Position numbers and translations under genes: made by a program. Below are positions 37,338-46,579 of a DNA stretch of 58,011 bases, piece after piece. Source of the DNA: Thermodesulfovibrionales bacterium (GTDB taxonomy: Bacteria > Nitrospirota > Thermodesulfovibrionia > Thermodesulfovibrionales > JdFR-86); assembly GCA_030682405.1 (NCBI GenBank), contig JAUXOF010000041.1, forward strand, positions 1 to 58,011, given 5' to 3'. The notes below the pieces were generated by a model. It saw nothing but the letters and a program-made list of their open reading frames with translations, had not been told where the DNA came from and ran no database searches. The stretch's first letter is position 1. Every line of letters begins with the position of its first letter.

Positions 37338-40154
37338 TTGCTTGCCGGAGTAGTTTTCTTCTTCGGCATCCTTACCTTTCTGATTGTAAAAAGAGAATCC
37401 GAAATTATCCTCAGCCACTACAAGGAATATTCTTCAAGTCTGGCCGGCATTGCGGCAAAGCAGGTAAGGTTCTACATGCTTGACGGAAGGGCCGAACCCG
37501 TGATTCAACACATTAAAGAGCTAAACGACGAAAACCCCGCGATGCAAATCGGAGTTCTGGGCCCTGACGGCGAGCCTGCCTTCAAAACCGGCATGTCCGC
37601 TCCTCGGGAGATTTTCTCCGGCATGAAGGAGGCGTCCGCGGAGTCCGGAGACAGCCTCATATTCTACATGCCCCTTGAGAACGAAAAAGCCTGCGCCTCC
37701 TGTCATAACCCTGCGGATAAAACAAGGGGCATGATTATAGCAAAGGTCTCTATGGAAAGCGCTAAGAAAGAGACTAAGGAAACAGCCATTCGCATTATAT
37801 TTTTTGCGATATTGCTGGGACTTACGAGCGAGATATTTCTTGTCATAGTCCTTAGAAAGCTGGTCATCGGGCCGATAGATTCGCTCACAAAAGGGGCCGA
37901 GGCCCTGATGGCCGGCAATTTCGGCTACAGGGTCAAACTCCAAAGCAGCGACGAGACCGCGCTTATGGCAGACACCTTCAACCACATGGCCGGGAGGATT
38001 GAGAAGTCGCAGGCGGAACTGGAAACAACCGTCAGGCAGAGGACATCGGAGCTTGAGGTGATTGCCGGACTCTCCTCAGAGGTATTCAGGGGGGATATCA
38101 GCCTGAAAGAGATAATCGGGCGTTTCATGGCCGCCGTTACGAACAGCATGGGTTATAAGTACTCGGTCTTGTGCCTTGTGGACAAGGAGACAGGGATGCT
38201 TCAGCAGGAGTACAAAAAAAACATAGAAAACGGTCTTTGCGCCATGGAAATACCCCTCGCAGGAGACCACCCCTTTGCAAAGGCCATTAGGCAGGCAAGG
38301 CCAGCGATAAGGACTTGCGCTGAGATAAACCTGCCCGCTTCGTACGGCAATATCGCCATAATACCCATTCTTTCCCATCAGAGGAAGCGGTGCAGGGAGA
38401 TAAACCTCTGCATGCATGAAGACTGCCCTGCCTTCTCAGGTGCGGAGGAAAGGTGTTGGATAATAAGCGGCACGCTTTGCAGAAGCCCTCAGGCCGTGGC
38501 AGGCAAAGAGAAGATTTACGGCTGCCTTCACTGCAATGCGTTCCCTGTGATAGGCGTTTTGATAGCAGGCAGGGACGGGGGACTGACAGAGCCTTTGCTC
38601 TATTCCCTTGAAATCCTTACCTCTGAAATTGCCTCTGCAATAGAAAGCCAGAGGCTGATTGAATCCAAAACAGAGGACATAAACAGCCTCATAAAGCTTC
38701 ATGACATTTCCGTTGAAAGGATACAGTCCCTTGACATCACTGAGCTTACAAAGTCCGTGGTTTCATCCGCAGCGGCCTTTGCAAACATGGACGCCGCAAT
38801 ACTTTGGCTCAGGGACGAAAACGGAGAGCTGCATCTGAAAAATGCCTTTGGCATAGACATGGGGCTTGTGCCGGATGCGATTGTCGTAGAGGACTCTTTT
38901 GTCGGCAGGGCCATATTGGAGGACCGGCCAGTTGAGACTGTAAAGACAGGCGATGCAACCTGCCTTAGGGCGCTGATAGCGGAGTACGGCTTTCTTTATG
39001 CAGCAGCCGTGCCGATGAAATTTGAGGGCGCGATATACGGCTGCCTGACGCTGTTTAAGAAAAAGGACTTCTTCATGACGGACTCGGAAAAGGCCGTCCT
39101 TCTGCTTTTTGCCGTACAGGCCGCCGCTGCTTTGAATACGGCCAAGATACACAACGAGCTCAAAAAACAGAAGGAGTTTTCAGATGCCGTTTTCAACAAC
39201 ATGGGCATGGGGATAATCGTTCTTGACAGGGAGGGCTGCATAGTAAAGCTGAACCCGTCCGGCTTTAAGATTTTGAAGGTGGAGGACTATGCCGTCGGAA
39301 TGCGGCTTTTAGATGTCCTGCCCGAGGCATCGGATTTTCTCGTCGTACATGAAAGCATCGGGCGCGAGGTGGAAATCCGGCGCATGGATGAGATTATCCC
39401 CGTGGGCTTCAACAGTTCCCCCCTGCTCGGCGCAAGCGGGCATGAAGGGATTGTCGTTGTGTTCAGGGACCTTACAGAGATAAAGAGGCTTCAGGCCGAG
39501 GTGAGGAAGAGACAGCATTTTGATGCGATGGGCAAGGTGGTCGCAGGCGTCGCCCATGAGATACGGAACCCGCTTTTCGGCATATCCTCCCTTGTTCAGA
39601 TATTAGGAAGGGACATAAAGTCCCCGGAACATCAGGCACTGATACAGGCGGTCTTTAAGGAGACCCAGAGGATGAAGAACCTCATAGAGGAACTGCTGCT
39701 TTACAGCCGTCCCTCAAAGCTCAATATCACCGAGGTGGATTTAGGCGTCTTCATGGAAAAGATTGAGCGCTATATTATGGTCAAGAGCGATAAGGCGGTC
39801 TTCAACTTGAAGGTTCCGGCTTTGACCTCGGTCAGGGCGGACGCTGATAAGCTCATGCAGATATTCCTGAACCTTATTGACAACAGCCTGAACTCCGGAT
39901 GCGGCAATATCGGCATATCCGTAGAGGGGGATACGGAAGGCCGCAGTGTGGTCATAACAGTCAAGGACGACGGCTCCGGGATAAAGAAGGAAAATATCGA
40001 AAAGGTGTTCGACCCGTTCTTCACCACGCGCAAGGAAGGCACCGGGCTTGGCCTTGCTATATGCAGGAAGATTATGGACAACCACGGCGGCAACATGGAA
40101 GTCTCCAGTACCGAAGGGAAGGGCACTACGGTGCGGCTGACGCTCCCGTCATAG
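37338..40154 (+). CDS. sensor histidine kinase: periplasmic heme-c (CxxCH) domain, HAMP, GAF with Cys-rich insert, GAF, PAS, HisKA/HATPase
   Basis: TM1, CASCH at 37692-37706, TM2, HAMP, H-box VAHEIRNPL, N-box FLNLIDNS, DDGSGI, FDPFFTT, GTGLGL. The true start is uncertain (see findings). Confidence 0.9.
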   Translation: MLAGVVFFFGILTFLIVKRESEIILSHYKEYSSSLAGIAAKQVRFYMLDGRAEPVIQHIKELNDENPAMQIGVLGPDGEPAFKTGMSAPREIFSGMKEASAESGDSLIFYMPLENEKACASCHNPADKTRGMIIAKVSMESAKKETKETAIRIIFFAILLGLTSEIFLVIVLRKLVIGPIDSLTKGAEALMAGNFGYRVKLQSSDETALMADTFNHMAGRIEKSQAELETTVRQRTSELEVIAGLSSEVFRGDISLKEIIGRFMAAVTNSMGYKYSVLCLVDKETGMLQQEYKKNIENGLCAMEIPLAGDHPFAKAIRQARPAIRTCAEINLPASYGNIAIIPILSHQRKRCREINLCMHEDCPAFSGAEERCWIISGTLCRSPQAVAGKEKIYGCLHCNAFPVIGVLIAGRDGGLTEPLLYSLEILTSEIASAIESQRLIESKTEDINSLIKLHDISVERIQSLDITELTKSVVSSAAAFANMDAAILWLRDENGELHLKNAFGIDMGLVPDAIVVEDSFVGRAILEDRPVETVKTGDATCLRALIAEYGFLYAAAVPMKFEGAIYGCLTLFKKKDFFMTDSEKAVLLLFAVQAAAALNTAKIHNELKKQKEFSDAVFNNMGMGIIVLDREGCIVKLNPSGFKILKVEDYAVGMRLLDVLPEASDFLVVHESIGREVEIRRMDEIIPVGFNSSPLLGASGHEGIVVVFRDLTEIKRLQAEVRKRQHFDAMGKVVAGVAHEIRNPLFGISSLVQILGRDIKSPEHQALIQAVFKETQRMKNLIEELLLYSRPSKLNITEVDLGVFMEKIERYIMVKSDKAVFNLKVPALTSVRADADKLMQIFLNLIDNSLNSGCGNIGISVEGDTEGRSVVITVKDDGSGIKKENIEKVFDPFFTTRKEGTGLGLAICRKIMDNHGGNMEVSSTEGKGTTVRLTLPS

Positions 40155-40187
40155 CTCCCGCTTCCTCATTGAACTGGCGTGTTATAA

Positions 40188-40261
40188 AATCTCCCCTCGC
40201 CCCTCTTTGCTAAAGAGGGGTAAATTCCCTCCCTTTGGCAAAGGGAGGTTAGGAGGGATTT
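40188..40261. repeat. REP-like double hairpin between convergent genes
   Basis: Stems CCCCTCTTT/AAAGAGGGG (40200-40220) and CCTCCCTTT/AAAGGGAGG (40228-40248), with imperfect outer inverted ends. Confidence 0.75.
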
Positions 40262-40280
40262 GATGGTTAATTCTTCATAC

Positions 40281-41303
40281 TTATGAACTCCTTAGTATCT
40301 CTTCCGCTATTTCGGTAATCGGCAGCACCCTGTCAACCTTGCCGCTTTCTATCGCAACCTTCGGCATGCCGAAGATGGTGGACGTTGCTTCGTCCTGTGA
40401 AATGGTTTTACCCCCAGCGTTTTTTATTGCAACAATGCCTTTTGCTCCGTCCGCTCCCATTCCGGTTAGTATGACCCCGATTGAGCGGCTGCCGTAAGAG
40501 TCGGAAACTGACCTGAAGAGCACATCGGCAGAGGGTCTGTGAATGGCATTAAGAGGCTCTACATCGAGCCTTACCGAGCCTGCTCCCTTCCCGACCTTCA
40601 TATGAAGCCCTGATGGGGCGACCAATGCAAGGCCGTGCTCTATTTTGTCTCCTTCTTCCGCCTCCTTGACGCGGAATGCGCATAGGGAGTCGAGCCGGGC
40701 CGCAAGTGAGGCTGTAAAACCTTTTGGCATGTGCTGGACAATAAGAATGCCGAAAGTAATGTCCTTCGGGAATTTCTGAAGTATCATCTGAAGCGCGGGC
40801 GGCCCTCCTGTGGATGCGCCTATGGCAACGACATCTACTATCCCGCGCGAAGCATATTTTAGGGTATGAGAGGACTCATACGCGAGTCTCACCGGTTTGC
40901 TGCGGGATATTGCCTTGACCTTTGTGACAATCTCGTTGGCAAGGGAAAGGAAATCCATAATTCCGGTGGAGGACTTATCTACGAAATCCATGGCGCCCAG
41001 TTCAAGCGCCTTCAAGGTGAGTTCGGCCCCCTCGTGGGTGAATTGGGAAAGTATGAGCACCGGAACAGGATAGCGCTCCATGATTGCCTTAAGGGTATCT
41101 ATGCCGTCCATCACAGGCATCATGATGTCGAGGGTTACTACGTCGGGCTTAAGCAGCAGGGTCTTCTCAAGCGCCTCCTTGCCGTTGCGCGCCGCACCGA
41201 CCACGTCTATAGAGGGTTCCCGCTCGAATATCCTGAGAAGGGCCTTGCGCACAAAGGGCGAGTCGTCAACGATTAAAACCCTTGTGCGGCGGCTATCAGG
41301 CAT
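40281..41303 (-). CDS. cheB: chemotaxis response regulator protein-glutamate methylesterase
   Basis: REC plus GASTGGP, QHMP..FT, HRPSADVLF, LTGMGADG, QDEATSTIFGMP. Confidence 0.95.
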   Translation of the reverse strand: MPDSRRTRVLIVDDSPFVRKALLRIFEREPSIDVVGAARNGKEALEKTLLLKPDVVTLDIMMPVMDGIDTLKAIMERYPVPVLILSQFTHEGAELTLKALELGAMDFVDKSSTGIMDFLSLANEIVTKVKAISRSKPVRLAYESSHTLKYASRGIVDVVAIGASTGGPPALQMILQKFPKDITFGILIVQHMPKGFTASLAARLDSLCAFRVKEAEEGDKIEHGLALVAPSGLHMKVGKGAGSVRLDVEPLNAIHRPSADVLFRSVSDSYGSRSIGVILTGMGADGAKGIVAIKNAGGKTISQDEATSTIFGMPKVAIESGKVDRVLPITEIAEEILRSS

Positions 41304-41309
41304 TAATAG

Positions 41310-42194
41310 TCACTCCTGACGGAGGGCAGAGGGGGGATTAGGGTTTTTCCTGTAAAGGATGATTCCGTTCCTGTATTCCGGGACGAACAGCTCGGTCCTC
41401 TGGAGCAGGCTCTCGGAGGAGCCGAGTATGAGGTAGCCGCGGTCCGAGATGCAGTTATAGAAGTTAAGGGCAATCCTCTCGAGCGCCTCGTCGCTCATGT
41501 ATATGAGTATGTTTCTGCAGAATATGACGTCAACGTCGCTTATGCCCTCGAATGCGCCGGGCTGGAGGACGTTTGCGTGCAAAAACCCGACATTGTTCCT
41601 GTACGGTTTTTTCAGGATGAACTTGTCATCAGCATGGTCGAAGTACTTCTTTGCGAACTCATGATTCCCGTTAAGCATCCTGAAGGAGTTTTTCGTGTAC
41701 TCCGCGCTTTTTGCCCTTTTAAGGGCGGCGCTGCTTACGTCTATCCCTTCGACGATTACGTCCCAACCCCAAGCGAAAAGGCCGCTCTCCATGAGCAGGA
41801 TATTTAGCGTATAAGTCTCCTCTCCGCTTGAGCATCCTGCGGAAAGCACCCTGACCCTGTTCTGGTTTTTCTTCTGCCTGTATCTTTTGATGTCGTTCAG
41901 AAGCTCGGAGAAGACATTAAGCTGGTGCTTTTCCCTGAAGAAATAAGTCTCGTTGTTGGTGATGTGCGATGCGATGTTATAGAGCTCCTTTTTGGATGGC
42001 TCGGAGGAGACGTATCTGCAATAGTCGCCGTAGGACTGCATGCCCAGTATGCTCAGCCTGTGGGAGATTTTAGTATGCAGGGTGAGGCGCTTGTCCCCTT
42101 TCATTACTATGCCGAATTCCCTTGCTATAAGGTCTTTAAGGAGACCGAACTGTTCGTCCGACATGAACATGTCTTTTCCGGGCGTATCCGTCAC
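41310..42194 (-). CDS. cheR: chemotaxis protein methyltransferase
   Basis: ITNNETYFFRE, SAGCSSGEETY, DVIFCRNILIY, GYLILGSSESL. Confidence 0.95.
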   Translation of the reverse strand: MTDTPGKDMFMSDEQFGLLKDLIAREFGIVMKGDKRLTLHTKISHRLSILGMQSYGDYCRYVSSEPSKKELYNIASHITNNETYFFREKHQLNVFSELLNDIKRYRQKKNQNRVRVLSAGCSSGEETYTLNILLMESGLFAWGWDVIVEGIDVSSAALKRAKSAEYTKNSFRMLNGNHEFAKKYFDHADDKFILKKPYRNNVGFLHANVLQPGAFEGISDVDVIFCRNILIYMSDEALERIALNFYNCISDRGYLILGSSESLLQRTELFVPEYRNGIILYRKNPNPPSALRQE

Positions 42195-43318
42195 ATTATT
42201 CTCTTGAGGTCTTCAATGGCCCGCTTGGCCGCGGATCTGATTTCCTCTTCAGGGTCTGACAGCATTTTGGACAGCAGCAGCACGGACCGTTGCGTAGGAA
42301 TGCGGCCAAGGGCAAGGACGGCTTCTACCTTGACTTCCGGGTCGTTGTCCTCGGCAAACTGCACCAGCGCCGCCTGCTCTCCGAGCATGGAAAGCATCTT
42401 GGCAAGGACACATCTTTGCAGCCGCCCGGTGTCTTTAAGCGCATCTATGATTGCCGGCGCCGCTTTCCTGCCTATGTCCATGAGGCCGCCGATGGCGTAC
42501 TCCTGAAGCTCATCGTTGCTCAGGGCATCCACGAGGTACGGAATCCCTTTTGCATCCGCGGACCAACTAAGCGCTATAAGGGCCGCCCTTCCGATATCCG
42601 GACGGGGTGAGCCTTGAAGCTCTATGAGCATGGGAACCATTGCGGTGAAATACCCGGGCGCAGGCCTTGTTTTTTCCCTCTCGGAGATGTTCACTACGGC
42701 CTTGAGCGCCAGTTCCCTCATGTCATCCTTATCCACAAATGCCGTAAGGCACCTTATGGACTTGGAGTTTCCGGCCCTCTCGATGGCTTCAAACGCCATG
42801 CCCCTGTACGTGTCTTTTTCAACGCATCTATAGAGGACCTCAAGTGCTGATTCTCCGCCTATCTCGCCTATTGAGTTTATTGCGGCCTGTGCGACCCAAG
42901 GCTCGTCTTCAAGCGCCCCGCTCAGCGCGGCTATTGCACTTGGCAAACCTATCTTGCCGAGGGCCTCTGCGCTTGCTATCCTTACGTTGGTGTCAGGGTC
43001 TTTGAGTGCCGGCATGAGAACGGACAGGGCGGTCCCGTCCCTTATGTCGCCCAAGAGGTTGGCGGCGAAGAGCCTTGCCTCCTCGTCTGCGTCGTCTCCT
43101 ATCAGCCGGATGAGGGATGGCAATGCCCTGCTTCCCATCGCCTTGAAAAACTCCATGGAGGCGTTTCTCAGTGTGGCGTCTTCGTGGTTTCTGAGCGCGG
43201 ATTCCAGAAATGGGAGATAAGCGTCCTCTGGCCGGGTAAGGAGACCTTTGATGGCGTTCCTCCTTACCCACCAGTCGGGGTTCTTCAGTTCATCGAGCAG
43301 ATACTGTGTGTCGTCCAT
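42191..43318 (-). CDS. HEAT/PBS-lyase repeat protein
   Basis: Repeated D-x(3)-VR-x(2)-A-A-x-ALG units (DPDWWVRRNAI, DPDTNVRIASAEALGKIG, DPEVKVEAVLALG, DPEEEIRSAA). Confidence 0.9.
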   Translation of the reverse strand: MDDTQYLLDELKNPDWWVRRNAIKGLLTRPEDAYLPFLESALRNHEDATLRNASMEFFKAMGSRALPSLIRLIGDDADEEARLFAANLLGDIRDGTALSVLMPALKDPDTNVRIASAEALGKIGLPSAIAALSGALEDEPWVAQAAINSIGEIGGESALEVLYRCVEKDTYRGMAFEAIERAGNSKSIRCLTAFVDKDDMRELALKAVVNISEREKTRPAPGYFTAMVPMLIELQGSPRPDIGRAALIALSWSADAKGIPYLVDALSNDELQEYAIGGLMDIGRKAAPAIIDALKDTGRLQRCVLAKMLSMLGEQAALVQFAEDNDPEVKVEAVLALGRIPTQRSVLLLSKMLSDPEEEIRSAAKRAIEDLKRIM

Positions 43319-43325
43319 TTCTTCG

Positions 43326-45812
43326 TTAAACCGCCAGCCCCTGTATCACCTTGAATGCCTCGCAGGTCATGCAGTTTTTGATTTTGGAGCGCGCATCGCC
43401 CTGCTGGACGCCCTTGCACCATGTGCCGGTTATGAGCCAGCACCTGTCCTCTGTAGATTTGTAGGCCGGGCACTTCTGCCTTGCGGTATCCGGGCAGCGG
43501 AGTAGTTCCCAGCATTTCTGGTTTCCGTTTGTGTGGATTCTGAAGTTGCTTATGATGTACTGGAGGTTCTCTATCTGAAACAGGGTGTCGTCCGCCGTGG
43601 TCTTCATCTCGCCCGAAAGCTTGAGGTTCTCCGTGGCTATGTGGCTCATGCCCTCCATCGCCTTGACGATGGTCTCGCCGCCTAACTTCTGCTCCGCCGT
43701 GGCGTTTGCCACGTCCCGCGTCATGGTGTTCATCGTCTCCACGGACTGCGCTATCTGCCTTGCTCCGCCCACCTGCTCCTTGACCGCTATGCCCACCTCC
43801 TGCACTGCGGTCTTCATGCGCTCCACGGTCTCCCGTATCTGCTTGCCGCCTATCGCCTGCTCCTTGGTCGCAATGTTGACCTGCTGGACCTGCCTGTTCA
43901 TCTTCTCTATGGCGTTTCTGATGTTGCCCGTGCTTCCGGCTTGCGCCTTGACCGCGCCTGTGACCTCTTCGGTAGAGGAATTCATGTCCACAATGTACTT
44001 CATGACCTGACCCGTGGCCTTGTTCAGCTCGGCTGCGGACTTTGCGATGTCGTTCATTATCTCCGAGGTGTCTTTTACGACGGCTATTATGCCTGTGAAG
44101 GCATCCCTGCTTGATGCGGCAAGGGCCATGCCGCCTTTGCCCTCCCTATAAGTCTCCTCCGTTGCCTTAACCGCATTGGAGGTCTCAGCCTGAACCTGCT
44201 TTATGACCGAGCTTATCTCCTTAGTCGCCTCCATGGAGCGTTCGGCGAGCTTCCGTATCTCTTCGGCGACGACTGCAAACCCCCGTCCGGCGTCGCCGGC
44301 GCGGGCCGCCTCTATGGCCGCGTTCAAGGCGAGGAGGTTGGTCTGGTCGGCTATCTCGTCTATGACTTCCACGATTGAGCCTATCTCTTCGGAACGCTTG
44401 CCGAGGTTCTGGATGAGGGACATCGTCTTTTCCGTGGTATTGCCGATGTTCTGGAGGCTCTCTATGCTCTGGTATATGGCCTTCCCGCCGTCTTCGGCGT
44501 CCTTGAACGCATCCTGACTGAGTTTGTTTGCCGTGCCTATCTTGCCCGCCACTTCCGAAACGGTGCGCATCATCTCCTCTATGGTGCTTGAGGTCTCGGT
44601 CACCATGTGCTTAAGGGACTCTGTGTTTTTGGATATCTGCTCCACCGAGGCAAGGAGGTTTTCCACTGTCAACGAGGTCTCGTTGACGGAATCCGTCATC
44701 GCTCCAGTGTTCCTTGCGGTCTGGTCTATTGAGGAAAGCATCTGCTCTATGGTCGCGGAGGTCTCCTCTACGGAGGCGGCCATTATGTCCGCGTTCTTTC
44801 CGACCTGCTCTATGGAGGCGGCCATCTCGTTTATAGTGGCGGACGTCTCGTCCACGTTTGTCGCAAGGGCCTCGGCGTTCTTAGAGACCTGAGAGATGGA
44901 GACTGCCATCTCTTCCATCGAGGCCGTGGTCTCGTCCGTGGCAGCGGCCTCCTCCTGAGACGAGTTGGCTATGTGGACAGAGCCGGTTGAGACGTTCTCG
45001 GCGGACAGGGCAACGTGGTAAGTGGAATCCGCCGTCTGCTTTATCATGTCTCTGAGGCTCCGCACCACCCTGTTGAAGCCGTCCGCTATCTGGTTTATCT
45101 CGTGGCTGCCTTTTGCGGTAATCTCTGCGGTAAGGTTTCCGGTTTCAAGCTCCTTGACTGTCTTGAGCATGTCGTCTATGGGCGAGGTTATGCCCTTAGA
45201 TATGCCCCTTACGAAGAAGAACCCGCCGATAATGCAGAATATTATCAAAAAGGCCGTGAACCCCACGCCGATTACGTTTGCCCTATTGATGACGGCCTTC
45301 ATTCCGGCCTCCGTAGACCCCGAGTCCTTCTTTATTATCTCTTTCATCCTGTTCAGGCTTTCCTGAACAGAAGCGACCGAGGGGACAGTCTCTTCGAGAA
45401 ATACCTTGCGGGCATCCTCTTTGCGTCCTTCTTTCATTTTTGAGATTATCTTTTCCGCGGAGGCGTGAAGCCTCCTGTGGGGCTCGTCGAGCTTGTCGAA
45501 CGGTTCCTTCAACTCGGCGGAGTACGGCTTGAAGGTCCCCATCCACTTGCCGAGGTTGCATTTTTCCGGGTCAAGCTGGCCCTTGAATTCCTCGCCCTTG
45601 ATGAACATCCCTGAGGAAATCCCGTCCATCCACTTCAGGTGGTCCACGGTGCGTTCGGAAAAGAAGGCGTTCAGGTTGGCAAGCTCCATGGTCTCCTTCT
45701 CTATCCTTTCCACCTTTTTTGAGGACCAGTAAAAAATCCCTCCGAGGGCCGTTACCATGACGAGCGTAATCGCAAGCCCTATAGTGAGTTTCTTGCCTAT
45801 TGTAAGGTTCAT
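43326..45812 (-). CDS. methyl-accepting chemoreceptor: TM-CZB-TM-HAMP-extended MA domain-Cys-rich C-terminal module
   Basis: Hairpin [40 protein letters not shown]; DHLKW/CNLGKW/HRRLH CZB motifs between two TMs; C-terminal CW...CPA...CW domain. Confidence 0.93.
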   Translation of the reverse strand: MNLTIGKKLTIGLAITLVMVTALGGIFYWSSKKVERIEKETMELANLNAFFSERTVDHLKWMDGISSGMFIKGEEFKGQLDPEKCNLGKWMGTFKPYSAELKEPFDKLDEPHRRLHASAEKIISKMKEGRKEDARKVFLEETVPSVASVQESLNRMKEIIKKDSGSTEAGMKAVINRANVIGVGFTAFLIIFCIIGGFFFVRGISKGITSPIDDMLKTVKELETGNLTAEITAKGSHEINQIADGFNRVVRSLRDMIKQTADSTYHVALSAENVSTGSVHIANSSQEEAAATDETTASMEEMAVSISQVSKNAEALATNVDETSATINEMAASIEQVGKNADIMAASVEETSATIEQMLSSIDQTARNTGAMTDSVNETSLTVENLLASVEQISKNTESLKHMVTETSSTIEEMMRTVSEVAGKIGTANKLSQDAFKDAEDGGKAIYQSIESLQNIGNTTEKTMSLIQNLGKRSEEIGSIVEVIDEIADQTNLLALNAAIEAARAGDAGRGFAVVAEEIRKLAERSMEATKEISSVIKQVQAETSNAVKATEETYREGKGGMALAASSRDAFTGIIAVVKDTSEIMNDIAKSAAELNKATGQVMKYIVDMNSSTEEVTGAVKAQAGSTGNIRNAIEKMNRQVQQVNIATKEQAIGGKQIRETVERMKTAVQEVGIAVKEQVGGARQIAQSVETMNTMTRDVANATAEQKLGGETIVKAMEGMSHIATENLKLSGEMKTTADDTLFQIENLQYIISNFRIHTNGNQKCWELLRCPDTARQKCPAYKSTEDRCWLITGTWCKGVQQGDARSKIKNCMTCEAFKVIQGLAV

Positions 45813-45847
45813 GTCAGTTTCCTCCTGTCGGAAATATATTAATATCC

Positions 45848-46054
45848 CTAAATATTCTTATCCGTTACGACCCCTTTATAGAAATCGCAGTCCCTGCAGT
45901 TATGGATTTTCAGCGCATAAGTCCCCTGCACCTTGCCCCCGCACATCGTGCCCGCCACGAGATAGCAGACCCTGCCGCCCTTGGGGTAGGCGGGGCAGTC
46001 TCCGGTCGTGTCCTTGCCGCATTTCTTAAAGTCCCAGCAATTAATTTTTCCCAT
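45848..46054 (-). CDS. 68-aa free-standing 7-Cys ('two-CW'-type) protein
   Basis: SD GGAGGAGG; CWDFKKC...CPAY...CYLVAGTMC...CRDCDFY with the same spacing as the MCP and kinase modules. Confidence 0.85.
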   Translation of the reverse strand: MGKINCWDFKKCGKDTTGDCPAYPKGGRVCYLVAGTMCGGKVQGTYALKIHNCRDCDFYKGVVTDKNI

Positions 46055-46055
46055 T

Positions 46056-46577
46056 TTATGCCTCCTCCTCCTCCATTACTGCCGGCTTTTCCTTCCTCAG
46101 CAGTTTTTCGAGGTCAAGGAGTATGACAAGCCTGTTCGGGAGCTTGCAAACCCCTGTTATGTAGTCCGTATCCACTTCCAGCACCTCGTCCGGGGCCTCC
46201 TCTACGAACTCCCCTTTGACCTTCATCACATGGCTCACAGAGTCCACAAGGAGGCCGAGCACCTTGCCGTTTACCTCGGTTACCACTATCCTTGAGCTTT
46301 TCGTGATGCCCTCGTCGCTTATCCTCAGCTTTTTCCTCAGGTTAAGCACCGGGAGTATCTTTCCGCGCAGGTTAATCACCCCTTCCATGTACGCGGGCGA
46401 GTTCGGGACTACGGTCATGTTGCCGACCCTGATTATCTCCTGCACCTGATTGATAAGCACGCCGTACTCCTCCCCAAGGTTGAACGTCACGAGGTGCAGT
46501 TCTCCCTCGCGACCTCCGTTTCCCTGACCGAGGATGTCTTCGGCAAGACCCGAAGCCTGTAGATTGATTTCGCCCAT
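46056..46577 (-). CDS. cheW: chemotaxis coupling protein CheW
   Basis: LVTFNLG.EYGV...VPNSPAYMEGVINLRGKILPV...GLLVDSV. Confidence 0.95.
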   Translation of the reverse strand: MGEINLQASGLAEDILGQGNGGREGELHLVTFNLGEEYGVLINQVQEIIRVGNMTVVPNSPAYMEGVINLRGKILPVLNLRKKLRISDEGITKSSRIVVTEVNGKVLGLLVDSVSHVMKVKGEFVEEAPDEVLEVDTDYITGVCKLPNRLVILLDLEKLLRKEKPAVMEEEEA

Positions 46578-46579
46578 TT

